Below, one piece after another: positions 38,001 through 47,537 of a stretch of DNA of 64,000 bases (position 1 is the first letter of the stretch; each line of letters begins with the position of its first letter). The notes beneath the pieces are model-generated. The model did not search any database and was not told where the DNA came from. It was given only the letters and a program-made list of their open reading frames with translations. Position numbers and translations under genes: made by a program. Origin of the DNA: a virus. Where the stretch lies: the IMG/VR virus record IMGVR_UViG_3300025030_000068, positions 25,929 through 89,928 of that record. One strand, written 5' to 3'.

Positions 38001-39902
38001 TCATGCGACCAGCAGCCGCATTTGTTCCGGATTTGACCTGCCCACCAGCTTGCAGCGCACGTCGACATAAAGGCTGATCCCCTCGGTCTGGAACGAGGAT
38101 TCCAGCACGCTCTCGACGCGCGGGTCTTGCAGGACCGCCAGCTCGGCCTCGAACAGCGCCCGCTCCTGCCACATCTCGTTGCTGATCTTCCCGACGATTT
38201 CCGGCAGCCGGGAGCCGTAGCCTTCGTGGCTCAACTGCTTCAGCTCGCCGCGAGTGGTGGCAATGCGGTGGCGGATCGCCATCTCCAGATTAGCGATGCC
38301 GCCGACGGTGGCGATGTCTCCCGATGGGGTGGCGACCATGAACCCGTCGGCGTCGAGCAGTTCGTCGATGCCGTAGGCACTCTCTTCAAAGGTGCTGCCG
38401 GCAGAGGCGAAGTTCTGTCCGATCGTGGTACCGGGGATGCGGACGGACTCTCCGGCAATCAGGATCGAGTAGCGGTCGGCATGGGTGCTGATCGGGGTGC
38501 CGGCAAGGATGTCGACGATCAGTTCTTCGGTCAGGGTCACAGTCGTGTCATCCACTGCCGCGACTTCTGCGAAAATGTCCCCGACGCTGATGGTGTCGGC
38601 ATTCGCTCGAAACAGGATGATCTCGCCCGGCAGGATGGACCCGTCGAAGGTGGCAACCTCAATCGTCCGGCTGCCGGCATAGGCGGTGTCGAGGACCGTG
38701 CCGAAGTAAAGAGCCGGGGAATAACGGTCCTCCTCGGTCTGGCCAATGTAGGGAAACGTCAGGCCGTTGATGGCGACGACGTCCTGCCAGCGGACGTTGT
38801 TCTTTCCGGCAACAGTCTGGATGGTGTCGCCATCGGTCAGGGCAATCTCGGTGGCGGAGAGGAGGACGGTCTCCTGCGTGTTACTGAACAGCGATTCTTC
38901 CGGGACTGTTTCACTGGCGATCGTGCTGTCGAGGATTGATGCTCCGGTGAGGATTTCCGGGTTGTCGCTGGCAGACAGGGTGCCCGATCTCTCCGGGATC
39001 ACGGTGGTCTCGATAAAGAGCTGCTCTTCCGCCTTGAGGGAGAGTAGCGCCCGCTCAACGTCGCGGAGTCCTCGCGTAATTTCGTGCGGGATGTCGGAGA
39101 AGCTGGAGATCGTGTGAATGATCGCCTGCGTGGCGTTGATCGTGGAGACGACCAGCGAGAAGGCGACGTTGATGACCTTGGAGACGCCATTGCGGAGGGC
39201 CGTGACCGCTGTCGAGATCGCCTTGACGTTGGCTTCGACCGTCGCCATGACCGTGAGGACCGTACTGACGACGCTCATGACAGCGGCATAGGCGTTCAGC
39301 GCCTTCATCAGCCAACCGGTCTTTGCCGGCAGGGTTCCGAAGTTGAAGTAAATGCTGATCATCGCCTGCTCATCGATCGACGGCAGGATGCGACCGAGGA
39401 CGGTCATGTCGAGATTGTACTGGTACATCATTCGCCGCTGGATATCTTTGGTCAGCGTGAACTGATTGAGCTGAACCCGGAAGTAGTCGCGGTTGCAGTA
39501 ATCGTAAAAGTGGAGGACGGGCTTCTTGGCACCAAGGGGCTTCTTGTTTTCAGCCCCATAGATATCGTAGGCCGCGAACTGAGCATGGAAGTCGGCAAAG
39601 ATCGCTTCCAGTTCCAGAAACAGGGCGAGGCCGGTCTTCTTATCCCCGGCCAGATGAACGGCTCCCGATCCGGGGTATTTCGTCCCTCGGATGCCGAAGA
39701 CGCCGCTGATCTTGATCTTCGGGATGCCGTAGCCGACATTGTCCTCGAATGCCCCTGCCTTGGTCATGGTGACGCTGGCACGCGTCGGGCGCGACAGCGT
39801 ATAGGACTCCGGGTTGATCGGGAGAATGTACTGGTTCTCGATGATCCCTCGGTCGTCCAAGACCTCGAACATGAACGGCAGTTTTTGTCTGCTGGCAGGC
39901 AT
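38001..39902 (-). CDS. fused baseplate protein: tube initiator, LysM and gp25/W-like domains
   Basis: LPINPESY N-terminus; GDTIQTVA...W..V..ING LysM; T.RGEL...H.GYGS...DPRV gp25-like C-terminus. Confidence 0.75.
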   Translation of the reverse strand: MPASRQKLPFMFEVLDDRGIIENQYILPINPESYTLSRPTRASVTMTKAGAFEDNVGYGIPKIKISGVFGIRGTKYPGSGAVHLAGDKKTGLALFLELEAIFADFHAQFAAYDIYGAENKKPLGAKKPVLHFYDYCNRDYFRVQLNQFTLTKDIQRRMMYQYNLDMTVLGRILPSIDEQAMISIYFNFGTLPAKTGWLMKALNAYAAVMSVVSTVLTVMATVEANVKAISTAVTALRNGVSKVINVAFSLVVSTINATQAIIHTISSFSDIPHEITRGLRDVERALLSLKAEEQLFIETTVIPERSGTLSASDNPEILTGASILDSTIASETVPEESLFSNTQETVLLSATEIALTDGDTIQTVAGKNNVRWQDVVAINGLTFPYIGQTEEDRYSPALYFGTVLDTAYAGSRTIEVATFDGSILPGEIILFRANADTISVGDIFAEVAAVDDTTVTLTEELIVDILAGTPISTHADRYSILIAGESVRIPGTTIGQNFASAGSTFEESAYGIDELLDADGFMVATPSGDIATVGGIANLEMAIRHRIATTRGELKQLSHEGYGSRLPEIVGKISNEMWQERALFEAELAVLQDPRVESVLESSFQTEGISLYVDVRCKLVGRSNPEQMRLLVA

Positions 39903-39912
39903 GGGCTTCTCC

Positions 39913-40134
39913 TTACGTTATGTTGCCGCTGTGCTCGCCGTCCGGGGCGCCGCTGGTAGTCGTGACGACGGCGTTGGCCTTGATATAGTCGACGATGGCG
40001 GTGGAGTCGGCCAGCAGCATCGCGTCACTGAGCGCTTGCACCGCTGCGGCGCTCGATCCCTGTGTGTAACTTGCCGTCACCGCGTCTCTGGCTGCCTCTC
40101 TGGCGGCATTGAGCCCTGCCCCTGTCATGGCCAT
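39913..40134 (-). CDS. small baseplate/spike-associated protein
   Basis: AIVDYIKANAVV motif; follows the spike gene. Confidence 0.55.
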   Translation of the reverse strand: MAMTGAGLNAAREAARDAVTASYTQGSSAAAVQALSDAMLLADSTAIVDYIKANAVVTTTSGAPDGEHSGNIT

Positions 40135-40143
40135 GTCATTCTC

Positions 40144-40869
40144 CTATTTGCTCAGCTTGACGGTCGCGGAGACCATCGCGTGTGGCTGCTTCGTGTAGGG
40201 GCAGAGGCAGTCTCCTTGAACGCCGCCCTTGACGCCTCCGCCAGCGGCGCCGTCGAGATCGATGCCGGCGCTGGTCCATGCGGTCTTGCCAGCGATCGTT
40301 ACCGTGCATTTCCCGGCGCTGGCGGTGATCGTGAGGTCGCCGCTGGTGATGGTGATGTCCTCGTTGCCCTCGATGATCGTCGTGCGCTTGCCGGCGACGG
40401 TAGTGTGCTCGTCGACCGCGACCACTGTCGTCCGGTTGCCGTCCTTGTCGATCTCCTCGCTGGTGCCGCTGCGCTTGCGGTAGCTGCGGGTGCGTTTGGC
40501 GGCGGGGGTGTAGATGGCGCTGTCCGCCGGGCCGAGGTAGCCGACGACCACCGGGTCGTTGCGGTCCTTGTTGAAGAAATCAATCGCGACAATGTCCCCT
40601 TCTTCCGGAGTCCACTCTTCGCCGTTGTCCTTGTTGATCTTCCCGTACAGCAGCGGCACGCCCATGAGGTATTCGTGCAGCTTGCCGACGTTCCGTCCGA
40701 ACAGGCCGATATCGACTTGCGTCCGCCGCCAGCCGCCCGCGTCCGCATGTTTGATGCCGTCCTTGAGCACGACTCCCCGGACGAGGCTGTCCGCCGAGAA
40801 ATTAACGGCTTTGACCGCCTTGTTTTGTTCCATCCCCGATTGCCGCCGGGCACCGTTGCGTTCAAGCAT
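40144..40869 (-). CDS. baseplate central spike (gpV/gp5-like)
   Basis: P..GD.V...F...PVVVG OB-fold, beta-helix repeats, C-terminal CPYTKQPH. Confidence 0.8.
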   Translation of the reverse strand: MLERNGARRQSGMEQNKAVKAVNFSADSLVRGVVLKDGIKHADAGGWRRTQVDIGLFGRNVGKLHEYLMGVPLLYGKINKDNGEEWTPEEGDIVAIDFFNKDRNDPVVVGYLGPADSAIYTPAAKRTRSYRKRSGTSEEIDKDGNRTTVVAVDEHTTVAGKRTTIIEGNEDITITSGDLTITASAGKCTVTIAGKTAWTSAGIDLDGAAGGGVKGGVQGDCLCPYTKQPHAMVSATVKLSK

Positions 40870-40956
40870 GTTTCTGTCCCTTTTATGTTTGACTTTACCG
40901 TTTGGTATATTATAGTGTTCCCTATGTCGCATATCTTACCCGCTGGCGGGGAGTGG

Positions 40957-40972
40957 TGGCAAAGTTTTTGCT
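40957..40972 (+). promoter_or_regulatory. sigma54-like -24/-12 element (paralogue at 46938-46953)
   Basis: TGGCAAAGTTTTTGCT fits GG-N10-GC. Confidence 0.5.
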
Positions 40973-41136
40973 GTATCGTGGGTGTTCCCTATATCGCTAA
41001 GACGTGATTTCGTTCTTTTTTTGTTGCAATCGTTTATGAGCCTGCGGTAACGTGCCTTCAACCTGCTCAACACAGGGACTGGACCGGCTACCGCACCCGT
41101 CAGTATTGCGGTATTTTTACGCCCTGCATTTAGAAA

Positions 41137-41210
41137 GGATGCCGGGAAGGACAGGGAATATCCAATACCTGTCGCAGCCGTCCATTGCTGTGTTGAACTT
41201 CCCGGCATCC
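41137..41210 (+). ncRNA. C4/CI-like antisense RNA, copy 1
   Basis: 13-bp closing stem 41137-41149/41198-41210 enclosing two hairpins; upstream complementary target; precedes an antirepressor. Confidence 0.7.
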
Positions 41211-41246
41211 TCTGCCGCATCCCTCAACAGGAAATGGAGCTTCACC

Positions 41247-41438
41247 ATGAAAAACATCAAGACCACCTGCCCCATCCCCTACCCGTCCGATCCAATCTTC
41301 AACGCCACCCTTCACGCCGGTTTTGCCAAAGAGCGCGGCGGCCAGATTTCGCCGGCCAATGTTCTGTGCCTGGCGGAGTATGCCGAGCAGTCGATTCGCC
41401 TCTTGCAGTCGCTGTTGGCTGGAAAGGCGGTGTGCTGA
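41247..41438 (+). CDS. small ORF upstream of the antirepressor (icd position)
   Basis: Paralogue of 47292-47537 (YP.DP.FN..L.AGFAKERGGQI); TGATG coupling. Confidence 0.7.
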   Translation: MKNIKTTCPIPYPSDPIFNATLHAGFAKERGGQISPANVLCLAEYAEQSIRLLQSLLAGKAVC

Positions 41439-42166
41439 TGAATCAGTTAATCGCAATCGCCAACCGTCCCATCGGCACCGACTCCATTCCGACCGTCAAT
41501 GCCCGCGACCTTCACGCCTTCCTCGCTGTCGGAAAGGACTTCTCGACATGGATCAAGGACCGCATTGACCAGTTCGGATTCGTTGAAAATCAGGACTTCG
41601 TGCGCTCCCCGATTCCGGGGAACGGCAAACATGCGGGTTTACGGGCGCCCATCGAATACCACCTCTCCATTGATATGGCGAAAGAGCTGTCGATGGTCGA
41701 ACGCTCTCCGCAGGGGAAGAAGGCGCGTCTCTACTTCATCGAGTGTGAGCGCCTCGCCAAGACGCCCCTCATCGAAACGCCAGAAATGCAGATGGCGCGT
41801 GGCCTCCTTGCCGCTGCCGCCATGATCGACGACAAGAACCGGCAGATTGCCGTACTGGAACCGAAGGCCGCCGCTCTCGACCGGATCGCGACCGCTGACG
41901 GCTCCCTGTGTATCACCAATGCCGCCAAGGATTTGCAGGTGCGCCCCAAGGATCTCTTCGCCTTCCTCTCTGGTCACAAGTGGATTTATCGCCGGGCCGG
42001 TGGCGGTGGCTTCGTCGCGTATCAGGATAAATTACAGTCCGGCCTACTGGAGCACAAGGTGACGCTCGTTTCACGCTCCGATGGCAGCGAGAAGCTCACC
42101 GAGCAGGTCTTGGTGACGGCCAAAGGCATGGCGCGGCTGGCGGAAGCCTTGGCGGTCACGGCGTAG
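41438..42166 (+). CDS. antirepressor (AntA/AntB N-terminus, KilA-C/ANT C-terminus)
   Basis: VNARDLHAFL.V.KDFSTWIK.RI; MAKELSMVER; LEPKA...ITNAAK...QVLVTAKG. Confidence 0.9.
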   Translation: MNQLIAIANRPIGTDSIPTVNARDLHAFLAVGKDFSTWIKDRIDQFGFVENQDFVRSPIPGNGKHAGLRAPIEYHLSIDMAKELSMVERSPQGKKARLYFIECERLAKTPLIETPEMQMARGLLAAAAMIDDKNRQIAVLEPKAAALDRIATADGSLCITNAAKDLQVRPKDLFAFLSGHKWIYRRAGGGGFVAYQDKLQSGLLEHKVTLVSRSDGSEKLTEQVLVTAKGMARLAEALAVTA

Positions 42167-42221
42167 TGTTATGGACTGGCCAATTCCGGCCAGAATTTGC
42201 AATTTTCTTAAGGGGATCTAC

Positions 42222-42377
42222 ATGAACGAAAAAGCACAGAAGATGATGGAAGTTCAGGCGCTGGTCGATGCAATCCGTTGCGGCACTGCCAATGACGAAC
42301 TGTCGATGGCCGTCAACACGATAAATGTCCTTGCCGGTATGGTGGTCGAAAGGATAGAGTGGTTGCTGGAAGGTTAG
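42222..42377 (+). CDS. small hypothetical protein
   Basis: Paralogue of 48337-48492 (T.NVLA.M..ER). Confidence 0.6.
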   Translation: MNEKAQKMMEVQALVDAIRCGTANDELSMAVNTINVLAGMVVERIEWLLEG

Positions 42378-42381
42378 AGGG

Positions 42382-42421
42382 ATAAAATTCGCCCGGTCAG
42401 TGATGGCCGGGCGAATTTTAT
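42382..42421. terminator. bidirectional terminator
   Basis: ATAAAATTCGCCCGGTCA-GTGA-TGGCCGGGCGAATTTTAT. Confidence 0.85.
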
Positions 42422-43725
42422 GTGTGTTTCTGCCCTCGCGTCAGGCCGAGGCAGGACTGATAAGTCGTCCCGGCCATGCCGATCTGGTAGTTATGGGTCA
42501 CCTGCTCCACGAAATATTCCAGCCCGTTCTTCATGAGGGCACCGTCGCCCACCTTGAACTCTGGGGCGCCGTGGATGCCGAGCGTGCCGCTTTCGAGGAG
42601 GTGGTTGCGTTTGACGCGAGTCCAGAGCATCGACGCTTTGTTCTTGATCGGCTCCAGTGCGAGGTCTTGCATCCAGACGTCGAGAGCCGGGACGTTTGGT
42701 GGCGCGAAGTTGGTATTGACCTCCCACGGGGAGAATCCGTGTGTGGCAATTTCGTCCTGCGTGTCGTTGAAGACGCCTTGCGCGAACTGGATGGGGATGC
42801 CTTCCAGCGCAGCGGCCATGACGAACTGCGGCGCCTTGAGGTAAACGTAGTTGATGCGTTCGTTGTCGCAGATGCCGAGGTCTTCGGTGACCACCAGCCG
42901 GTCGTCGATCGTGCGGAGGACGCCCCTGATCCCGGTCGCTCCCGGTGCTGCTCCGGTCTCGGTGCAGAGGAGTTTGCCGGTCGTCGGGTCGAACGGGTAC
43001 TTCTCGTGGATGACGTAGAACTTGCCGTCGTAGGTCTCGGTGGAGAGGACATTGAACGGTTCGTTGGCGGTGGCCTTCATCGCGTTCCAGATGCTGCCGG
43101 TAGATTCGAGGAGCGCCCAATTGTAGGTCTGCCAGTCGTCCGGAGTGACGTCCGGGAACCAGATGTCCATGTAATCTTGCGGCAGCAGCAGCTGGTTGAA
43201 GAAGAGCTTATAAAAGAGACTGTCAAGGATCTCCTTCGGTGTACCGGAGAACGTCACGCCGGCAGCCAAGCGAAACAGGTACTCGGAGTTGTCGCCGCCG
43301 GTCACGGTGCCGGTCTCGGTGTTCTTCAGCGGCATGATATCGACGATGCAGTCGTGTTTCATGAGCAGCTTGCCGAAGTCGGTGCCGTTGATGCGGCAGC
43401 GGAACTGCGGGCGGCCCTCGGCGTCATAGCAGCGGACCCGGCCTACGCGGTCGATGAGGCCGATCATGACCGACTGCATCCCCTTGCCGTCTCCGGCGTC
43501 GAGGCTGATCAGGATGATGTCGTCGGTCTTGACTATTTCATCATATCGTTTACTATCGATTCGCGTATTGAACGTGGTCGTGATCTGGAATCCGCCAGCA
43601 GCACGGGCAAACGCCTTGTTCGTGTTGATCGACACGATGTCATTGCTGATATCTTCGTCTGCGTAGCCGTTGGCGGCCCGGCGGAGAATGACTTTGTGGT
43701 CTGGTCGGAATGTCCCGTAAAACAT
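42418..43725 (-). CDS. baseplate hub protein
   Basis: Position after the tape measure; SGTL.I.G.P.FKVG...YFVEQVTH...LTRG C-terminus. Confidence 0.7.
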   Translation of the reverse strand: MFYGTFRPDHKVILRRAANGYADEDISNDIVSINTNKAFARAAGGFQITTTFNTRIDSKRYDEIVKTDDIILISLDAGDGKGMQSVMIGLIDRVGRVRCYDAEGRPQFRCRINGTDFGKLLMKHDCIVDIMPLKNTETGTVTGGDNSEYLFRLAAGVTFSGTPKEILDSLFYKLFFNQLLLPQDYMDIWFPDVTPDDWQTYNWALLESTGSIWNAMKATANEPFNVLSTETYDGKFYVIHEKYPFDPTTGKLLCTETGAAPGATGIRGVLRTIDDRLVVTEDLGICDNERINYVYLKAPQFVMAAALEGIPIQFAQGVFNDTQDEIATHGFSPWEVNTNFAPPNVPALDVWMQDLALEPIKNKASMLWTRVKRNHLLESGTLGIHGAPEFKVGDGALMKNGLEYFVEQVTHNYQIGMAGTTYQSCLGLTRGQKHT

Positions 43726-43746
43726 TGAGGCTCCGTGGAGGTTGTT

Positions 43747-44136
43747 ATGCGTTTATTGTGTGTTCTTTGTGCGTTTCTTCTGACTGTTGCTATTGCTTGT
43801 GCCGGCGAGCCGGGGAAATACATTTATCAGGGGGGGACGACAGATTCTGGCCCTGTTGCGGTTCGGACTTCGAGCCAAGAATTTGAGTATTTTTGGTACA
43901 TGAGTGGTGGTCGCTATGTCGCGGCGGCTTTTCATTCCCCCAACCATCTTGCAATCCTCCTGTCTGACTCCTCCGGAGAATCCGGCGATACTGAATTTTA
44001 TTTTGACGGGAAGACCAAGGAGGTGACTTTCCTCGATCCGGCGAACGGCGAGAGGGTTGTCTATCTTTCTCCCGGCTCCTCTGGTTATGAAATGGCGACA
44101 TCCATTTGGCGACACGCTGGTTTCCTGAGTAACTAG
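43747..44136 (+). CDS. secreted hypothetical protein (moron)
   Basis: Signal peptide MRLLCVLCAFLLTVAIACA; GGAGG RBS; antisense to the tail operon. Confidence 0.7.
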   Translation: MRLLCVLCAFLLTVAIACAGEPGKYIYQGGTTDSGPVAVRTSSQEFEYFWYMSGGRYVAAAFHSPNHLAILLSDSSGESGDTEFYFDGKTKEVTFLDPANGERVVYLSPGSSGYEMATSIWRHAGFLSN

Positions 44137-46157
44137 ACCTGCGAAGAGAGGGTGCGGACTTCACCGACAAGTCTCGTTATCTCTTCTGTCAATCTGTCAA
44201 TACTGCTTAATGGTTTTCCGAGCTGCATGTGACCATTCTTATCTGGGATAAATTCGCCCGTCTCTTCATCGTGCAGGATCTCCCTCTTCTTCTGTTTCTC
44301 CATTTCATGCGTAGCACTATGAACCTTCCGGTACCCAGAATTTCTGATGGATGGAGGGTCAGGGTCGTTTGGTCCCAATCCCCAGCCGAGGAGCTTTTTC
44401 GTGGTGCTATTGACGGCCTTGGTGACTGGCGATTCCTTTTTATCTGAGTACATTCCAGCCGGATCGCCAAGCATGAGGTTTGTCAGTTTCCCGACCGCCT
44501 TGGTGAACTCACCGGAGTTGATCGTGTTGGCGACATCAACAAGGCCAGCTTTGATCTTGTCGGTTACAGACAGCAAGGAATCACCGAGGCCGACCATGTA
44601 GTTCTCAATATCAGCCTGCACTCGCGTGTGCTCGTCGGTTCCCCTCCCCGCGTCCCCTGCGAGCGACCCGGCGGCGCGGGCCTTGGTGAATATCTCCCGG
44701 AACTTTTCGGGATCATTCAATGCCTCGTTCGATAGCGCTCCGTTGTCCTTCAGCGTCTTCAGCAGACTCTCGGTCTCCGCCACGGTCATCGTGAACTGCG
44801 ACGCCAGCGTGAATTTGGTAAGCGGTCCGTCCGCGCCGCCGCCGAAGGACATCGCCTTATTCATCATGCCCCGTACGTTCTCGCTGTCGCCGACGCCGAG
44901 AGACATGCGCTTCTTGAATTCCCAGAGGGCGCCGAGGTCGCCAGCCGGCAGCTTGTCGCCGCCGAGGGCCGACCACTTGAACAGCTGCTCCCCTGGTGAT
45001 CCGCCGTTGCCGGAGATCGACGAGTTCATCTTGGAAAGGATGTTGGCATTCTGCCCGGACGGGCCGTTGCTCCACAGGGACGCTTGCAGGCCGGCGACGA
45101 ATGAGGCCGACTCGCTGCCGATCTTGGCGCCTCCGGACGTGGCCGAGATTGTCTGCATCAAGCGCTGATTAACCTGAACGTACTCTTCGATCCTTGTGCC
45201 GATATTGTGCCGGCCCAGCTTGCCGAAGTCCCGCATCGCCTCGATATATTGCCGGGTCTGTTCCTGCGTCATGCCGGTGAGGGCGCCCGTTGATCCGACC
45301 ATGTTGGCGGCAGCGGACCCGTCCATGTTGAAGGCTCTGGCTGACTGCATGGCGAGGAGCGTTCCCCTTGCGCCGTAGTTCCCCTTTTTGGCGACCGCTT
45401 GCGCCATCTGCAGCTCGGCTGCCGGCCCAAATCCCAGATTGAGGCCGGCACCGAATCCGGTTTGTCCGCCGATCCCCGCGAGGCCGGTCCGGCCCTGTGA
45501 TATGGCTCCGGCGCGTGACATCGACTCCAGCATGAAGCCCATGACCGTGCCGGCGCCAATGAGAGCCGCTCCGTAGCCGATGGCTTTCTTCAGGCCTCCA
45601 CCAGAGGCCGGTGCTCCGCGTTGCTGCCCAGAGCCCTGCACGCTGTCCGTGTATTCGTTGAACTCGCCTTGAAACTGGTCCTCTTGCCCTTCCAGCCGAC
45701 GGTAGCTTTTCTGTTGCTGCCTTAACCGGCTCCTGAGCTGAGTTCTCTGTTCGGCAATTCTGGAGCGTTCCGATGCCGAATTGCTGTTCGACTCTTGCTG
45801 GTCGAGAGTTTTCAGCTCCCCCTTCATTTTGGTGATTTCTTGTCGGGCCTTGCTGATCTGCGCGGCGAAGTCCTGCATATTCTTGCCGAGCTTGGACGAA
45901 ATACTGGCGGCCTCCTGAAACTGTTTTGCGTTCAGGAGGCCGCCCTGTTTGTCGCTGGACGAGGCAATGCCCTTGAGCCGATTGATATCGTCGGTCAATC
46001 TCTTGATGAGAACGGAGGTTTCCTTGAGGCCGGTCTTCCCCGCCAGCTCAATGGGATCGCCAAGGTGTTGCAGCGCGTCCTTGGTCTTGTCGATGGATGC
46101 CTTGGCCGCAGCAACCTGTCGCGCGTCAACATTTATCCCGATGCCAATTCCGCCCAT
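44133..46157 (-). CDS. tail tape measure protein
   Basis: 674 aa, Ala/Gly-rich helical, follows the tail chaperones. Confidence 0.75.
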   Translation of the reverse strand: MGGIGIGINVDARQVAAAKASIDKTKDALQHLGDPIELAGKTGLKETSVLIKRLTDDINRLKGIASSSDKQGGLLNAKQFQEAASISSKLGKNMQDFAAQISKARQEITKMKGELKTLDQQESNSNSASERSRIAEQRTQLRSRLRQQQKSYRRLEGQEDQFQGEFNEYTDSVQGSGQQRGAPASGGGLKKAIGYGAALIGAGTVMGFMLESMSRAGAISQGRTGLAGIGGQTGFGAGLNLGFGPAAELQMAQAVAKKGNYGARGTLLAMQSARAFNMDGSAAANMVGSTGALTGMTQEQTRQYIEAMRDFGKLGRHNIGTRIEEYVQVNQRLMQTISATSGGAKIGSESASFVAGLQASLWSNGPSGQNANILSKMNSSISGNGGSPGEQLFKWSALGGDKLPAGDLGALWEFKKRMSLGVGDSENVRGMMNKAMSFGGGADGPLTKFTLASQFTMTVAETESLLKTLKDNGALSNEALNDPEKFREIFTKARAAGSLAGDAGRGTDEHTRVQADIENYMVGLGDSLLSVTDKIKAGLVDVANTINSGEFTKAVGKLTNLMLGDPAGMYSDKKESPVTKAVNSTTKKLLGWGLGPNDPDPPSIRNSGYRKVHSATHEMEKQKKREILHDEETGEFIPDKNGHMQLGKPLSSIDRLTEEITRLVGEVRTLSSQV

Positions 46158-46160
46158 GCG

Positions 46161-46527
46161 CTATTCTCCGTAGCCGGGGAGCATCCCGACCGTTTCGTGT
46201 TCGTGGCGCTTCCTGAAGATCGCGGTCAGATCGAGGTCTTCTCCGGCCTCCATCCGTTCCATGATCTCGTCCGCCAGCTGGTCCCCGGTGATCGTCATGC
46301 CGCATTCCGGGCACTGCGGGCGGTGGGTATCGATCTCGCATTTCGGGCAGGTCTTCAGCTTCTCTCCCTGCTCGATCATCTCCATCTCGTATTCCAGCAT
46401 GATCTCCTCGTCGGTCATGGCGAGGAAGCGCGGATCTGTCGGCGGCAGGTTATACTTGCGGCGAAACCATGCTCGCAGACCCCGGTGCAACTCCTGTGCT
46501 GTCGCCGCTAACTGGCGCGGGTCGAAA
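46161..46527 (-). CDS. tail assembly chaperone GT extension, reached by a putative +1 frameshift
   Basis: WFRRKYNLPPTDPRFLAMTDEEI motif; lies in the +1 frame of 46450-46869. Confidence 0.65.
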
Positions 46528-46869
46528 GGTATCGAGGAAGGTCTGGACCTCTTGCCAGACAGCCAGCACGGCGTTTTCATCGGTTTCGTCGAACAGATTG
46601 GCGAGGTCGAACCATGCCGGGACTTTGCCGTCGGTGACGTGGGTGACGAAGACGACGATATACGAGAGCAGGCGCAGCCCTTCGCCGATCTGGTCCGCAT
46701 CGACGCGACCAAAGGCATTGTTCTGGGCGGCGTCCTTGAGGGCGATGGTCCGCTTGTCGCCGATGCTGGGGCGGCGGATCACGAAGGTGCCGGCGTACTT
46801 GCTGCCGAATGGTAGCTGCGTGTGGCTGTTGATCTTTGTCTCGATGCTGAACGACGTGGCGTTGCTCAT
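46450..46869 (-). CDS. tail assembly chaperone (G-like)
   Basis: Between tube and tape measure; GTF.IRRPS...P.WF...FR; AGGAGG RBS. Confidence 0.75.
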   Translation of the reverse strand: MSNATSFSIETKINSHTQLPFGSKYAGTFVIRRPSIGDKRTIALKDAAQNNAFGRVDADQIGEGLRLLSYIVVFVTHVTDGKVPAWFDLANLFDETDENAVLAVWQEVQTFLDTFRPAPVSGDSTGVAPGSASMVSPQV

Positions 46870-47183
46870 TGAATCCTCCTGAGTGGTTTCGTGTGGTCGT
46901 TACCTATGTCAAATATTCTAGCGGTTGCGGGGCGCAGGGGCAAAGTTTTTGCTGTTGCCGGGTCACTCTTGGATAAACTCTACCAAACGGCATATTTCTA
47001 GTTGCGTTTAGTTTCTTCGTCCTGTAGGCTGTTCCCTATATCGCAATATCGTTGCGGTGTCGTTTTTGAGTTGCAACCAATCGGGAGTGCTGGTACGGTT
47101 TCTTTACCTGCTGAACACAGGGACACAACCCGGCCCGCACTCGTTAGCTTTGCGGTATTTTTATGTCCGGCGCTTTGAAAGGC

Positions 47184-47257
47184 GTGCCGGGATGGGCGAG
47201 GAATATATTGAATACTCGCCGCAGCTTGGTTGTTCGCTGTGTTCAACATCCCGGCAC
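47184..47257 (+). ncRNA. C4/CI-like antisense RNA, copy 2
   Basis: Closing stem 47184-47194/47247-47257 with two hairpins; covaries with copy 1. Confidence 0.7.
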
Positions 47258-47291
47258 TCTTGCCGAACCCCTTGAACAGGAGAACAACACC

Positions 47292-47537
47292 ATGAACACC
47301 TCAATGCACGTCCGTCCTGCGCCCCTGCCCTGTCACAAGTCAACCTCCCCGGCCATCTACAACTACCCGACTGATCCGCTCTTCAACGTCTCCCTCTATG
47401 CTGGCTTTGCCAAAGAGCGTGGTGGCCAGATTGCCGCTGGCAACGTCTTGGAGCTTGCCAAGTATGCCGAGGCCGCTGTTCGTCTTCTTCAGGCCGAAAT
47501 CGCGCAGCTGCGGTTGGCCGGAAAGGCGGTGTGCTGA
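47292..47537 (+). CDS. small ORF upstream of the antirepressor (icd position)
   Basis: Paralogue of 41247-41438; AGGAG RBS. Confidence 0.7.
   Translation: MNTSMHVRPAPLPCHKSTSPAIYNYPTDPLFNVSLYAGFAKERGGQIAAGNVLELAKYAEAAVRLLQAEIAQLRLAGKAVC

Noticed and set aside
41052-41246. Ash-like ORF reading through the C4-like RNA
   Set aside because: Conservation between the two copies follows base pairing rather than protein sequence. Translation is not excluded, since both copies stay in frame with the downstream small ORF.
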